From: an uncultured Candidatus Saccharibacteria bacterium
GTDB lineage: Bacteria; Patescibacteriota; Minisyncoccia; Phycocordibacterales; UBA6899
Assembly: GCA_964469335.1 (NCBI GenBank)
Contig: CAYXYK010000003.1
Location: 196,674-260,673 of the forward strand
Direction: 5' to 3'
DNA: 64,000 nt
This document shows, piece by piece, positions 46,884 to 56,522 of this stretch. Position 1 is the first letter of the stretch. Every line of letters begins with the position of its first letter. A program made the position numbers and the translations under genes. The notes under the pieces are model-generated. The model did not search any database, was not told the DNA's origin, and was given only the letters and a program-made list of their open reading frames with translations.

Positions 46884-47650
46884 GCGAGAACGTGAGGGCG
46901 ACATATCAGGAGGCGGAAAAGGCGCTACTTTCGCTTCGGAACCCCGAACGAGCCATACTCTGTGCTCGCTATTTCAAGACCGGGAAAGGGGAATATGCCG
47001 AGGGCGATGTGTTTCTTGGGCTCACGGTTCCAGAGGTGCGCACCCTGGTCAAGAAATATTATCGAACAATCAGTCTTCCGGACGTCGGTCGCTTACTGCG
47101 ACATCAGTACCACGAAGCACGACTGCTCGCCCTCCTCGTGCTGGTTGCGAAGTATGAGCATACGGACGATCGAAAAGAACAGAAGGCAATCTTTACGCTC
47201 TATACCAAGCACACCCGTCATATCAATAATTGGGACTTGGTCGATACGAGCGCTCCACAAATAGTCGGTGCGTATCTCTCGAACAACATGGAGCACGAAG
47301 AACGCCTCGCGTTCATCGAGGGCTATTGCCACAGTCGTGACCTATGGAAGAACCGTATCATCGTACTCTCGACCTTCTATCAGATACGAAAGGGAAACGA
47401 GAAAATGACGTACTTCGTCGCGCGTACCTTGTTGCGTCACCCACATGATCTGATCCACAAAGCGCTCGGCTGGATGCTTCGCGAGGTGGGGAAGCGGGAC
47501 CGAAAGGTGCTTTCTGCTTTCCTTGATGAGTATGCACAAGTCATGCCTCGAACCATGCTGCGCTACGCCTTAGAGCATTATCCAAAGCGTGAACGGGAGA
47601 TGTATATGAAGATGAAGCGTATCGGTACCGGGTCGTCACAAATCAAGTAG
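46880..47650 (+). CDS. DNA alkylation repair enzyme (AlkD-like HEAT-repeat glycosylase family)
   Basis: Profile typical of DNA_alkylation family (NNWDLVDTSAPQIVG ... LGWMLREVGKRD). Confidence 0.65.
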   Translation: MSENVRATYQEAEKALLSLRNPERAILCARYFKTGKGEYAEGDVFLGLTVPEVRTLVKKYYRTISLPDVGRLLRHQYHEARLLALLVLVAKYEHTDDRKEQKAIFTLYTKHTRHINNWDLVDTSAPQIVGAYLSNNMEHEERLAFIEGYCHSRDLWKNRIIVLSTFYQIRKGNEKMTYFVARTLLRHPHDLIHKALGWMLREVGKRDRKVLSAFLDEYAQVMPRTMLRYALEHYPKREREMYMKMKRIGTGSSQIK

Positions 47651-47671
47651 GAACATGGTTATACTCCATAT

Positions 47672-48421
47672 ATGAAAATGACTCAGAATGTAGCGATCGT
47701 GCTCCTGCTTCTTATCCTCGCCGCCATAGCCGGAGTAGGTTTTTATTCGCTTTCGAGTGACCGCCGTACCCCTCCCGAATTCGCGTGCACGATGGATGCG
47801 CTCGTGTGCCCCGACGGAGCCGCCGTCGGTCGTACGGGACCGTCCTGTTCGTTCGCGCCCTGCCCGTCAAAAGGTCAGTTGAGTGGACAATATTTGAGCG
47901 ATGCCCAGGGAACACGACTCATCGTTCCAGCAAAGGATGGTGTCGGCGTGGGGGTGACTTACGCTGTCCCGCTCGAAATCGGTAATGTTGTCATCCCTAA
48001 GTCGTTGATCGGCAAGGAAGTCACATTGATCGGGAATTTTGTTGTGGGGAATACGTTCGCCGCCACTGCGCTCGCGTCGACCACTTCGGAAGGAACAGAA
48101 CGTAGCAGTGGAGAGGCAGTCATTGCAGTCGGAGAAAGTAAACTTATCGGTGGTGTGAAGATCACCGTCAACAAGGTCGTATCAGATAGTCGCTGCCCAA
48201 TTGACGTGCAGTGCATCCGTGCCGGTGAGATCACGGTGAATGTCACGCTCCAAAGTGATACCGACAAAGAGACACTCGAATTAGCTTCCAATATGCCACC
48301 GCACGGATTCGATGCATATCAGGTTTCGCTTACGGGAGTAACCCCAGAGAAGCGTTCGAGCACAGCGATCGACACAACTGGGTACCGTCTTACGTTCAAA
48401 GTTGAGAAACTCGGACAGTAA
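47672..48421 (+). CDS. Exported hypothetical protein
   Basis: N-terminal TM/signal VAIVLLLLILAAIAGVG. Confidence 0.5.
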   Translation: MKMTQNVAIVLLLLILAAIAGVGFYSLSSDRRTPPEFACTMDALVCPDGAAVGRTGPSCSFAPCPSKGQLSGQYLSDAQGTRLIVPAKDGVGVGVTYAVPLEIGNVVIPKSLIGKEVTLIGNFVVGNTFAATALASTTSEGTERSSGEAVIAVGESKLIGGVKITVNKVVSDSRCPIDVQCIRAGEITVNVTLQSDTDKETLELASNMPPHGFDAYQVSLTGVTPEKRSSTAIDTTGYRLTFKVEKLGQ

Positions 48422-48460
48422 AAAAGAGTGCCCCCGCAGGTTGCGGGGGCAGGGAGTCAG
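48421..48460 (-). terminator. Intrinsic terminator for the minus-strand gene 48457..48798
   Basis: aaaaaagagtgcccccgcaggttgcgggggca. Confidence 0.55.
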
Positions 48461-48798
48461 GCGAAGCTGACGCGGGTGTCGTGTTCATCGAGGCGACTCG
48501 GACGGTGGCGCACTTCGATCGTGTCGCCTGGAGCGGTCTTCTCGTAGACGGCGAGCGGGACCGTGACGACGTGCTCGCCGCTGATCCCTTCGATGGTCAC
48601 CGACAGCATCGGCGTTTCGACCATTGCGGGTGACATCGAGATGTTCTCGTCGCTACTGAACGGGCGATCGACCGGCATCATGCCGAAGAACTTCTTCACC
48701 ACGGTCGCCACGGCCGGCGTGGTCGGCGGGTCGATCAGGGCGATCAGTGCGTCGACGAACGCTTCGACCACGCCTTGCAAACGCTGGAAAGTGCTCAT
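48457..48798 (-). CDS. Hypothetical protein
   Basis: ORF plus terminator. Confidence 0.4.
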   Translation of the reverse strand: MSTFQRLQGVVEAFVDALIALIDPPTTPAVATVVKKFFGMMPVDRPFSSDENISMSPAMVETPMLSVTIEGISGEHVVTVPLAVYEKTAPGDTIEVRHRPSRLDEHDTRVSFA

Positions 48799-49173
48799 GG
48801 GGGTACCTTTCGGTGTGGGTGGAACTATAAAAATGATAGCATGAATTTGTACCTACGTCAACCATCTGGGAGTTCCGCGAAATTTCGAGACACTTGATAT
48901 TTTCTATAATATATGGTACTGTGCAGCTCATGGGAAAATATCCTCCGGAACTGAAAATAAGTGAGCTTCCGATCACACAGGCGGAATTTTTGAAGTCATA
49001 CAATAAAAATATGCCTTCATCCTTTCCGCGCGCCTCGACTGCACTCCTCAATCGCTTCAAACAAGAGCATGCATCATTGTTCAAGCATGGTGACACATGG
49101 TCACTCGACCAGCACCGTAAAAAACTCATCGAATGGCTTCCGCGAAACGGCGGCATCGTCCAGGCATAACACC

Positions 49174-49398
49174 ATGGAGCAGCCCAACAACCCGCTCCAC
49201 GGTAAAACACTCGAGTCCATAGTCCTCTTCCTCGTAGAGAAGTACGGATGGGAAAAGCTTGGAGATGATCTCAACATGAATTGTTTCAAGAATGAGCCGA
49301 GCGGCAAGTCATGCCTCAAATTCCTAAGGAAGACTCCCTGGGCACGTGAGAAAGTCGAAGGATACTACTTAGAGACGATCAGTCGCGAATATAAATGA
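49174..49398 (+). CDS. DUF2132 (VF530-like) small protein
   Basis: [53 protein letters not shown]. Confidence 0.45.
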   Translation: MEQPNNPLHGKTLESIVLFLVEKYGWEKLGDDLNMNCFKNEPSGKSCLKFLRKTPWAREKVEGYYLETISREYK

Positions 49399-49434
49399 AA
49401 AAGCACGCCACCCGAAAAGGGTGGCGTTTGCATT

Positions 49435-50061
49435 TCAGCCGGAGCTGATGCGTGGGTCTTCGATGTGGTCTTTGAAATCCTTGAGTGCGCGGTCGACCAC
49501 CGCTTGGATATCCTTCCTCGAGAGATCGCTTGCACGCAGGTCGGCAAGCTCAAGCGAGAGTGCGATCAGGCGATGAAGGTACTCGGTAGCGCGCTTCGCT
49601 TTGAGAAGTGCCGAGCGGTCGAGATTCCTGAGTACGATCTCCCCACGTGCGTTCTGCATCTCCTCGTGAATGAGCGCGATCATCTCCGCAAGTGCCTCGG
49701 TGGTAGTCTCAGTCTGTACAGGTTCTTGTGGCGGGGAAGCAGGTAGCTCTGCTTGAGCGGTCGGAGCGGTCTGGATGTCGAAATAGCTGTAGTCGTGGAG
49801 ATGCTTCCAGCAGCCGAGACGTGGGTGGTACTCAAATCGCACTTCTACCTTGCGGTCGCCTTGGGGGACGAAAAGGATAAGTGTCTCGCTCCTGGTGTCG
49901 ACATTGGCGACTTTCACCCGACTTGCTTTGTCATCTTCATATGTGATCACTCCTTGTTCTGCGCTGGCAGGGATCATCACGACGTCTTTTCCGATGAGAT
50001 AGTCCCGGATTCCGCCCGTGAATGGCGGCCTGATCGAACGGTGTGAATGACGTGCGGGCAT
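49435..50061 (-). CDS. Hypothetical protein
   Basis: 208-aa ORF; terminator aaaaagcacgccacccgaaaagggtggcgttt at 49385-49420. Confidence 0.45.
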   Translation of the reverse strand: MPARHSHRSIRPPFTGGIRDYLIGKDVVMIPASAEQGVITYEDDKASRVKVANVDTRSETLILFVPQGDRKVEVRFEYHPRLGCWKHLHDYSYFDIQTAPTAQAELPASPPQEPVQTETTTEALAEMIALIHEEMQNARGEIVLRNLDRSALLKAKRATEYLHRLIALSLELADLRASDLSRKDIQAVVDRALKDFKDHIEDPRISSG

Positions 50062-50164
50062 CTCTGCCTCCTTTCCAGATTATTAGTACGATCTGTTTTC
50101 GTTTTACCAGAGCAATCCCGCTTGTCAAAAAAAGGATGCCCCGCGAGGTGCGGGGCATGATGCG

Positions 50165-50413
50165 CTAGTGAAGCTCGACGAGCGTTCCGTTCGGAAGCTT
50201 GAGGAGGAGAGACGCGCGCATTTCGTCCAGTTCAACAAGGGCATCGACTATCGAAGTGCCGAGATTTGCGGCTTCGGAGTCGCGATTCCTTGCGCGTGCT
50301 GCACGAAGCTCCCTCACGAGATCGCGGATGATCGAATATCTGCGAATGGCGCCCGCGTCACTGTCATCGTCTTGTTCATCCGGAAGTTCGGGGAAAAGTG
50401 TAGTGGTGGCCAT
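50165..50413 (-). CDS. Hypothetical small acidic protein
   Basis: Start MATTTLFPELPDE; terminator aaaaaaaggatgccccgcgaggtgcggggcat at 50140-50165. Confidence 0.35.
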   Translation of the reverse strand: MATTTLFPELPDEQDDDSDAGAIRRYSIIRDLVRELRAARARNRDSEAANLGTSIVDALVELDEMRASLLLKLPNGTLVELH

Positions 50414-50519
50414 GGCACACTCCTGTGGATTGGGAACGAGACTGTCAGTCAATTTACCAAGACAGTCAGGTTTTGCAATCAGAGAGATCGCATGCTGACG
50501 GCGGAGAAAATCGGACAAA

Positions 50520-50560
50520 GAAAAATCGCCTGCGTTTTTTTTGGCGCAGGCGATTCGGAT
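50520..50560. terminator. Bidirectional intrinsic terminator
   Basis: aaaaatcgcctgcgtttttttttggcgcaggcgattc. Confidence 0.55.
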
Positions 50561-50572
50561 ACTGACGTGCCG

Positions 50573-50998
50573 TCAGCGGGCAGTGAACTTCCACGGCAGG
50601 CCGTTGGTGCGGCATGCCCTGCGGGCTTCTCGTGGCTGGATGGTGCCACCGACCCGCACTTCCTCGAAGAAGTTGCGACACATCCCGGACGGCGGGATGA
50701 TCTCGTACGGGTAGATCGTGAGGGTGATGAAGACGGGCGTGTTGTCCATCCTGGTCTCGATGGAGTAGCGCAGTCCACCCCTGAAGTCGCCGGTCGTGTC
50801 GAACGCCTTCTGGTATTCGGCCTCGACCCGCTTGGACTCGGCCTGTGCGACCCCGGTCTGGTTGTTGAGGCTCCAGCTCGAGACCGCCTCGGTGATCCTC
50901 TGCTGGAGGTGCTTCGTCTCGGCACACCCGGTGGTGAGCCCGATGAGCGCCGCGGCAAGCGTGACGAAGAGAAGGGAAGTGAAAGAGCGTTTCTGCAT
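50573..50998 (-). CDS. Lipoprotein, hypothetical
   Basis: LAAALIGLTTGCAET lipobox. Confidence 0.5.
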   Translation of the reverse strand: MQKRSFTSLLFVTLAAALIGLTTGCAETKHLQQRITEAVSSWSLNNQTGVAQAESKRVEAEYQKAFDTTGDFRGGLRYSIETRMDNTPVFITLTIYPYEIIPPSGMCRNFFEEVRVGGTIQPREARRACRTNGLPWKFTAR

Positions 50999-51077
50999 GG
51001 ACTGCCTCCTTTGTTGGTTGGTCCGTCGCTTTTTCTACCATAGAATCATAAAAACGCAAGTGCTTGGTTCGCGCAGA

Positions 51078-51503
51078 TCACTTTCGTTCAAAATGATCTG
51101 TCTCGTGATAAGTATCGTAATCAGCGGTGAGTTCTTCTCCTGGGAGGATGTCTCTCGTGGCGATGAATGTCTCGCCATGGTCGAGTGTGACCATATTGGG
51201 CTCGGATGAATGATTGAGATAGTAGTTCTTCGTGAGCGCATCGATCCCGTAGTTCGGAACGAAATATATCCCGTCTTGGAGTGCACAAAAATCACGAACC
51301 AAGTCCTTTGCCTCCTTCGGAGCATCAAAGGCATCAAGTTCGGCCTTTGGGATCCTGAGTACGTCACCTTCCGGATCAGCATTCTTGAGTGGGTCGGTAC
51401 CTTTAGGTATGGTGCGGATGGCGATGACTCCGACACCGTGTTTCGTGACTCCGAGGCGAGTATAGACTTGGTTGAGTGCGGAGAGGAATGCTTTTTTGTT
51501 CAT
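51078..51503 (-). CDS. SET-domain protein (putative protein lysine methyltransferase)
   Basis: NYYLNHSSEPNMV (NHSxxPN motif) and PGEELTADYDTY (ELxxDY motif). Start MNKKAFL at 51503. Confidence 0.65.
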   Translation of the reverse strand: MNKKAFLSALNQVYTRLGVTKHGVGVIAIRTIPKGTDPLKNADPEGDVLRIPKAELDAFDAPKEAKDLVRDFCALQDGIYFVPNYGIDALTKNYYLNHSSEPNMVTLDHGETFIATRDILPGEELTADYDTYHETDHFERK

Positions 51504-51732
51504 ACTTTGCAGTATAACTTTTGCTAAAGGGGAATGAACAGTCTTTTTGACAAAACCCCATAGTTGTATTTTGTTTATTTTGGCTCTTGCATAGATATTT
51601 GCCGAGGAGTAGAGTAGACACATCGGAAGCCTAGCTTCTGATAAATAAAAAGACCACAACATTCGTTGCGGTCTTTTTCCATTTCATAACCAGAAGCCAT
51701 ATTAGGCGCAGTGAGTATTGTATAATCTCATA

Positions 51733-52803
51733 ATGCAGAAGTTCGTCCGATCATCCGGATTTATCATATTGTCTTGTGTGAGCATATCGCTCGTTTCGTA
51801 CTTGCTGATCTCGGGTATGGGAACTTCCAAGATTTCTACCCCGCCGCCTTTGAATGTGATGACCATGCGTATCGCCGAGTGCGACCAGGATCCGGACAAG
51901 GACCTGTGTGTCGAGAGCGCTTATGAGTCATATGCGAGAACCGCCGGAGTATCTGCCGCACTATCGTTCGTGCATGAGTCAATACAAGGTGATGCGACGA
52001 TCGGTGGAGGTTGTCACAATGTCATGCATCGTATCGGTCACGTTGCACTAGAGGAATATGGCTCTTTTCGCGAAGCATACGCTCATGGCAATTATAATTG
52101 CGGGAACGGATATTTTCACGGAGTAGTTGAAGAGGCAATGGAGAGTGGCGGCGAGGGTGCATTCACTCCTGAGCGCGTCGCTCATTTTTGCGATATGGTC
52201 GCATCGACGACCGTAAGAGGGAAGGATTATGCGAAGCTCAACTGCGTCCACGGACTTGGACATGCACTGCTCTACCGGAACGAAGGCGATCTCCCCACAA
52301 CGCTACCCGAGTGTCTTTCGCTTGGAAAGGATATCGAACGCGGAGAATGTATCGCTGGAGCTTTCATGGAGAATATGATCGAACGACTACCCGTTAGCGA
52401 TCAAGGTGACCCCGAGAAGAATCCTTTGTTGACCTGCTCTTCCTCCTCCGATGATATCTATCGCTGCTGGGTCGCGCTCGCTGCGTTCGTTATCGCGGCG
52501 CAGCAACATGGTGTGTCCGCAGCGCTACCTTTTTGCGATAAGTTGAGCGAGTCGAAATATCGAGATGCGTGCGGTGAGGGGATCGGCAGGGCGGTCTTTC
52601 TCGGGAATAAGGAGGACCCGAATGTTTCGAGACGATACTGTCTCGCACATACGGACGGTTTTGTTGCCTCATGTGCAAGAGGGGTGAACGCGACAAGCAC
52701 CGCGACGACCTCACCATTCTACTCAGCAGCATTCGGTATGCTTCGCTGGCCTGTCGGGATAGGGACCGATCCGCTGATTGGTAATGTGAGATCGATGGAA
52801 TGA
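51733..52803 (+). CDS. Exported Cys-rich hypothetical protein
   Basis: N-terminal TM anchor; many Cys residues. Confidence 0.5.
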   Translation: MQKFVRSSGFIILSCVSISLVSYLLISGMGTSKISTPPPLNVMTMRIAECDQDPDKDLCVESAYESYARTAGVSAALSFVHESIQGDATIGGGCHNVMHRIGHVALEEYGSFREAYAHGNYNCGNGYFHGVVEEAMESGGEGAFTPERVAHFCDMVASTTVRGKDYAKLNCVHGLGHALLYRNEGDLPTTLPECLSLGKDIERGECIAGAFMENMIERLPVSDQGDPEKNPLLTCSSSSDDIYRCWVALAAFVIAAQQHGVSAALPFCDKLSESKYRDACGEGIGRAVFLGNKEDPNVSRRYCLAHTDGFVASCARGVNATSTATTSPFYSAAFGMLRWPVGIGTDPLIGNVRSME

Positions 52804-52899
52804 AAGTGCCATTTGGGAATAAAAAAGCCGCCGGACAGAGCCGGCGGCGGAGCAAGAGGAAGAAATAGGGGACACAGGAGTATTCGCATGCGCCCCATG

Positions 52900-53403
52900 C
52901 TACGCTGCAGCCTCGAGTTGTTCGAGCTCGAAGACCCCGCTCGGGACGACTGACGCGATCGCGTGCTTGTAGACCATCTGGGTCCTGCCCATGCCATGAA
53001 GAAAGACGGTGAACTTGTCGATGCCGACGATCACTCCGTCGAGCCTGACCCGGCTCGCGAGGTAGATGCCGACTGGCATCTTTCTTTCGCGCAGCGCACG
53101 GAGATATGACTCCTGGAGCGGTTCGCCGTCCTTCGCCGGTTGCTCCTCGGAGGAGTCGTCGAGACTGACCGAGAACCGGAATGAGGGCGGAGGTACGACG
53201 GTCATCGTCGTGCCTTTGTAGGCGAGTTCGACTGGCGGGTCGTCCAGGTCGGTTCGACGGTAGAGAATCACATGCGGATCGAACGACTCGATAACGCATG
53301 GGATACGTGCACCGTCGATACGGTTCATCGTGACGGGAATGCGTTCACGTCGCAAGCGGTTCAGGAACTCGTCCTGCGGGTGCGGAAAGGCTTTCTTGTT
53401 CAT
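52900..53403 (-). CDS. hfq: RNA chaperone Hfq with two tandem Sm/Hfq domains
   Basis: Domain 1 QDEFLNRLRRERIPVTMNRIDGARIPCVIESFDPHVILY. Domain 2 PVGIYLASRVRLDGVIVGIDKFTVFLHGMGRTQMVYKHAIASVVP, which includes the YKHAI Sm2 motif. Confidence 0.7.
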   Translation of the reverse strand: MNKKAFPHPQDEFLNRLRRERIPVTMNRIDGARIPCVIESFDPHVILYRRTDLDDPPVELAYKGTTMTVVPPPSFRFSVSLDDSSEEQPAKDGEPLQESYLRALRERKMPVGIYLASRVRLDGVIVGIDKFTVFLHGMGRTQMVYKHAIASVVPSGVFELEQLEAAA

Positions 53404-53499
53404 TGCAAACTCCTGTGTGTCAAAAGAGCATCAACGAGCAGAATCGCCCGTTCTGAGCAATCTACCACTATTACCCAATCTGTCAATTTTTGCGCAACG

Positions 53500-53530
53500 A
53501 CGAAAAAGCCGGCACATTGTCCGGCTTTTT
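53500..53530. terminator. Bidirectional intrinsic terminator
   Basis: aaaaagccggcacattgtccggctttttttgg. Confidence 0.55.
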
Positions 53531-53541
53531 TTGGTTGAGAC

Positions 53542-53733
53542 TCAGGTCTGGCATTCATCTGGATTCCTGCTGTCGGACCGTAGTGTTTTGCATGGCGGCT
53601 TTCGCTCTTGTTCTGTTTCTCCCATGTGGAGTGCTTTCACTTTTCCTTCACCTCGACAGGTCGGGCATTCATCACCACGCTCGACCTTCGCGCCGTTGCA
53701 TCTTGGACAGACCATTCGTCGTAATATTCGCAT
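53542..53733 (-). CDS. Small zinc-ribbon protein, hypothetical
   Basis: CPRCNGAKVERGDECPTCRGEG. Confidence 0.35.
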   Translation of the reverse strand: MRILRRMVCPRCNGAKVERGDECPTCRGEGKVKALHMGETEQERKPPCKTLRSDSRNPDECQT

Positions 53734-53839
53734 ATGCGTACCCCCATATATATCAATCGATAAAAGAACTGTAAGCAGAAAAGTAGAGTATCTTGCAGTG
53801 TTGTTTGTGTCAATGAAAACGAACCACCATAGCGGTGGT

Positions 53840-54307
53840 TCATAAAGGTTTGCGCATATGTATCAGCGTTTCAGGATACACGCGAATGAAAAGCATGATC
53901 GCATCTCGGAGATTCTTTTCCGTAAGGTTCCGGTCCGCAAGGACGCGAGTGATACGTTCCGCAAACTGTCGCGGGCGTAGCGGGTGCTCATCATACCCGC
54001 GGATTGCGATGATTGCCTGGACATCTGGAAGTTTCAGGAACTCCTCTTCCGTGAGGGGACTCGTCCCCGTCAGATCTTTCTTTTCCGAGATCCTTTGTGG
54101 AAAGAGTTTTTCTTTGAGACCGCTCATTCCTCTTTTTCGCTCCTTTGACGGAACGGATAGTGCCTTGACTCGCTCAAGGTCTCGCTCCTCTCGCTGACGT
54201 TCTTTTTCTGCGAGCAATACTTTGATGAGTTTCCCGACATGGATCTCGATGGGATGTTTCTTTGCGCGTACCGATTTAACGGAGTGCGCTGCAGTGTCGT
54301 GGTGCAT
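53840..54307 (-). CDS. Hypothetical protein
   Basis: ORF only. Confidence 0.4.
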   Translation of the reverse strand: MHHDTAAHSVKSVRAKKHPIEIHVGKLIKVLLAEKERQREERDLERVKALSVPSKERKRGMSGLKEKLFPQRISEKKDLTGTSPLTEEEFLKLPDVQAIIAIRGYDEHPLRPRQFAERITRVLADRNLTEKNLRDAIMLFIRVYPETLIHMRKPL

Positions 54308-54449
54308 GGCGCAGCTCCTTATGAAGAACATGACCGAATATCATTATAAAGTAGCACGGCAGCTAATACGAATCGGTTGTTTAAGGCAACGTGTGAGAGT
54401 GCAGCTCATTCGTTGAATACGCGAGCGGTATAAAAGATATTCTATAAAA

Positions 54450-54480
54450 AAACGCCCGCCAGATGGCGGGCGTTCGACCG
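54450..54480 (-). terminator. Intrinsic terminator for gene 54491..54994
   Basis: aaaaaaacgcccgccagatggcgggcgttcg. Confidence 0.5.
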
Positions 54481-54490
54481 ATGGTCGAGT

Positions 54491-54994
54491 TCAACGCGGA
54501 CGGAAGCTTTCGGGTAGCGGGCGCTTCGGATTGACGAAGTGCCGGTACACACCGACGACTTCACGGGTGAAGGGATCCGTGAGCTGCGATGCACCGTAGC
54601 GTTGCGCGTTCTCGAGCGCATTGCCGACAGTGCCGAAACGTACGTTCGGGTAGGTTGTTCTCCTCTTCATGTGCCGCACGGTTTTGTAGATCGCTTCAGC
54701 AACGAGATTCGGATTGTCTGCGAGGAACTCGCGGTGGCGCCTTTTCTGCACCGACCTACGGTGGATGTAGACCATCGCCGTGATGAGCATCGCTACGACG
54801 AGGATCAGACAGAGCACACTGATCGCCGTCGCGATGGCTGGGTCGGTCACCGTGGTGTTCTTGGTGATCGTTGTCGCGAGCACGTCTACGATCTCGATCA
54901 GTCCGTAGATTACCGCGCCAGCGATGGTCACGAAGACCAACGCAAGAACGAAAAGCAGGTCGCCGTTGACCTTGGGATGTGTTTGCGTGTTCAT
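54491..54994 (-). CDS. Hypothetical membrane protein (2 TM)
   Basis: Hydrophobic segments; no family recognised. Confidence 0.45.
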   Translation of the reverse strand: MNTQTHPKVNGDLLFVLALVFVTIAGAVIYGLIEIVDVLATTITKNTTVTDPAIATAISVLCLILVVAMLITAMVYIHRRSVQKRRHREFLADNPNLVAEAIYKTVRHMKRRTTYPNVRFGTVGNALENAQRYGASQLTDPFTREVVGVYRHFVNPKRPLPESFRPR

Positions 54995-55157
54995 CTGCTA
55001 CTCCGAGGGTGAAGGGGAGACAATTTGAAAAAGTGCACCAGTCCATATTATATACCAAATATAGCATAATGTCAATTTTAACGAGGAACTCGTCGGAATG
55101 AGTTTGTAGCCGAAATGTGTTGCAATCAGGCGATATTTCCGTATACTGTCAAGACTT

Positions 55158-56522
55158 ATGTCGGAAACCATAGTAGCTCAAAAACCCATCATCCACGACG
55201 TCGGCCCGACCGAGGAACTTGTCCGCAGCATGTCGAAGTCGAAGAATGAACCGGAGTGGATGCTCGAACTACGCCTGAAGGCGTTCGAGCTGTGGCGTCG
55301 CAGCCCGATGCCCGCGTGGGGGCCGGATCTCTCGGGACTCGACCTGCCGAACTTGATCTACTACGCCGACCCGAACGTGAAAGAGACAGATAACTGGAAC
55401 GAACTCCCAAAAGAGATCTCTGATACCTTTGAGAAGCTCGGCATCCCACAGGCGGAGCGCGAGTATCTCGGCGGAGTCGGAGCGCAATACGACTCAGGTG
55501 TCGTCTATCACAGCATCCAGAAGAAACTTGCTGATCAGGGCGTGATCTTTGAGAACATGGATGTCGCGTTACAGAAGTATCCCGAGCTGGTGAAAGAACA
55601 TTTCATGACCAAGTGCATTCCGATGACTGATCATAAATTCACTATGCTCCATGGCGCGGTGTGGAGTGGTGGCACGTTCATCTATGTCCCGAAGAATGTG
55701 AAGGTCGCTCTGCCGCTACAGGCGTATTTCCGTATGAGCGTCGCGCGCTCGGCACAGTTCGAGCACACGCTCATCATTGCTGACGAGGGCTCCGAGATCA
55801 CCTACATTGAGGGCTGTTCCGCGCCGCAGTACACCGAATCGTCACTCCATGCCGGTGGTGTGGAGCTGTGGGTCAAGAAAGGAGCGCGAGTGAAATACAT
55901 CAGTGTCGAGAACTGGTCAAAGAACACCTACAATTTGAATACAAAGAAGGCACTCGTGTTCGAGAACGGTCTTGTCGAATGGGTGAATGGCAACATGGGC
56001 TCTCATACCACCATGCTCTATCCGTCATCCGTACTCCTCGAACGTGGAGCTCGTTCAGAGTCCTTGGGCATTGTGATGGCGAGTGAGGGGCAGGTACAGG
56101 ACACCGGATCGAAAGCGATACACCTTGCTCCTGACACTGTCTCGGTCATCCGCTCGAAATCTATCTCCAAGGGAGGGGGAGTATCGAATTATCGTGGGCA
56201 AGTGAAGATCAGCAAGCGCGCGACCAATGCCGAGTCGACGGTGATGTGTGACGCACTTATTCTCGACGACAAATCAGTCTCGAACACCTACCCGTCGATC
56301 AAGAACGAAGGTAGCAAAGTCAGCCTCTCGCACGAGGCACGAGTAGGGAAGATCGGTGACGATGAGATCTTCTACCTCCGTTCACGCGGATACTCCGAAG
56401 CAGATGCGCTTCGACTCATCGTCGGAGGATTCATGGAGCCGATCGTGAAAGCGCTTCCGCTTGAATATGCGGTAGAATTGAATAAGTTAATAGAATTAGA
56501 GATGGAAGGAAGTGTCGGATAA
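55158..56522 (+). CDS. sufB: Fe-S cluster assembly protein SufB
   Basis: SufB/SufD beta-helix profile (NTYNLNTKKALVFENGLVEWVNGNMGS, NYRGQVKISK). Confidence 0.9.
   Translation: MSETIVAQKPIIHDVGPTEELVRSMSKSKNEPEWMLELRLKAFELWRRSPMPAWGPDLSGLDLPNLIYYADPNVKETDNWNELPKEISDTFEKLGIPQAEREYLGGVGAQYDSGVVYHSIQKKLADQGVIFENMDVALQKYPELVKEHFMTKCIPMTDHKFTMLHGAVWSGGTFIYVPKNVKVALPLQAYFRMSVARSAQFEHTLIIADEGSEITYIEGCSAPQYTESSLHAGGVELWVKKGARVKYISVENWSKNTYNLNTKKALVFENGLVEWVNGNMGSHTTMLYPSSVLLERGARSESLGIVMASEGQVQDTGSKAIHLAPDTVSVIRSKSISKGGGVSNYRGQVKISKRATNAESTVMCDALILDDKSVSNTYPSIKNEGSKVSLSHEARVGKIGDDEIFYLRSRGYSEADALRLIVGGFMEPIVKALPLEYAVELNKLIELEMEGSVG

Noticed and set aside
50168-51059. ORFs 50168..51043 (+, 291 aa), 50466..51059 (-, 197 aa) and 50479..50958 (-)
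   Set aside because: They overlap the better-supported minus-strand lipoprotein gene 50573..50998 and the acidic-protein gene 50165..50413, and they span a bidirectional terminator. The Arg/Pro/Gly-rich low-complexity translations are typical of wrong-frame GC-rich sequence.
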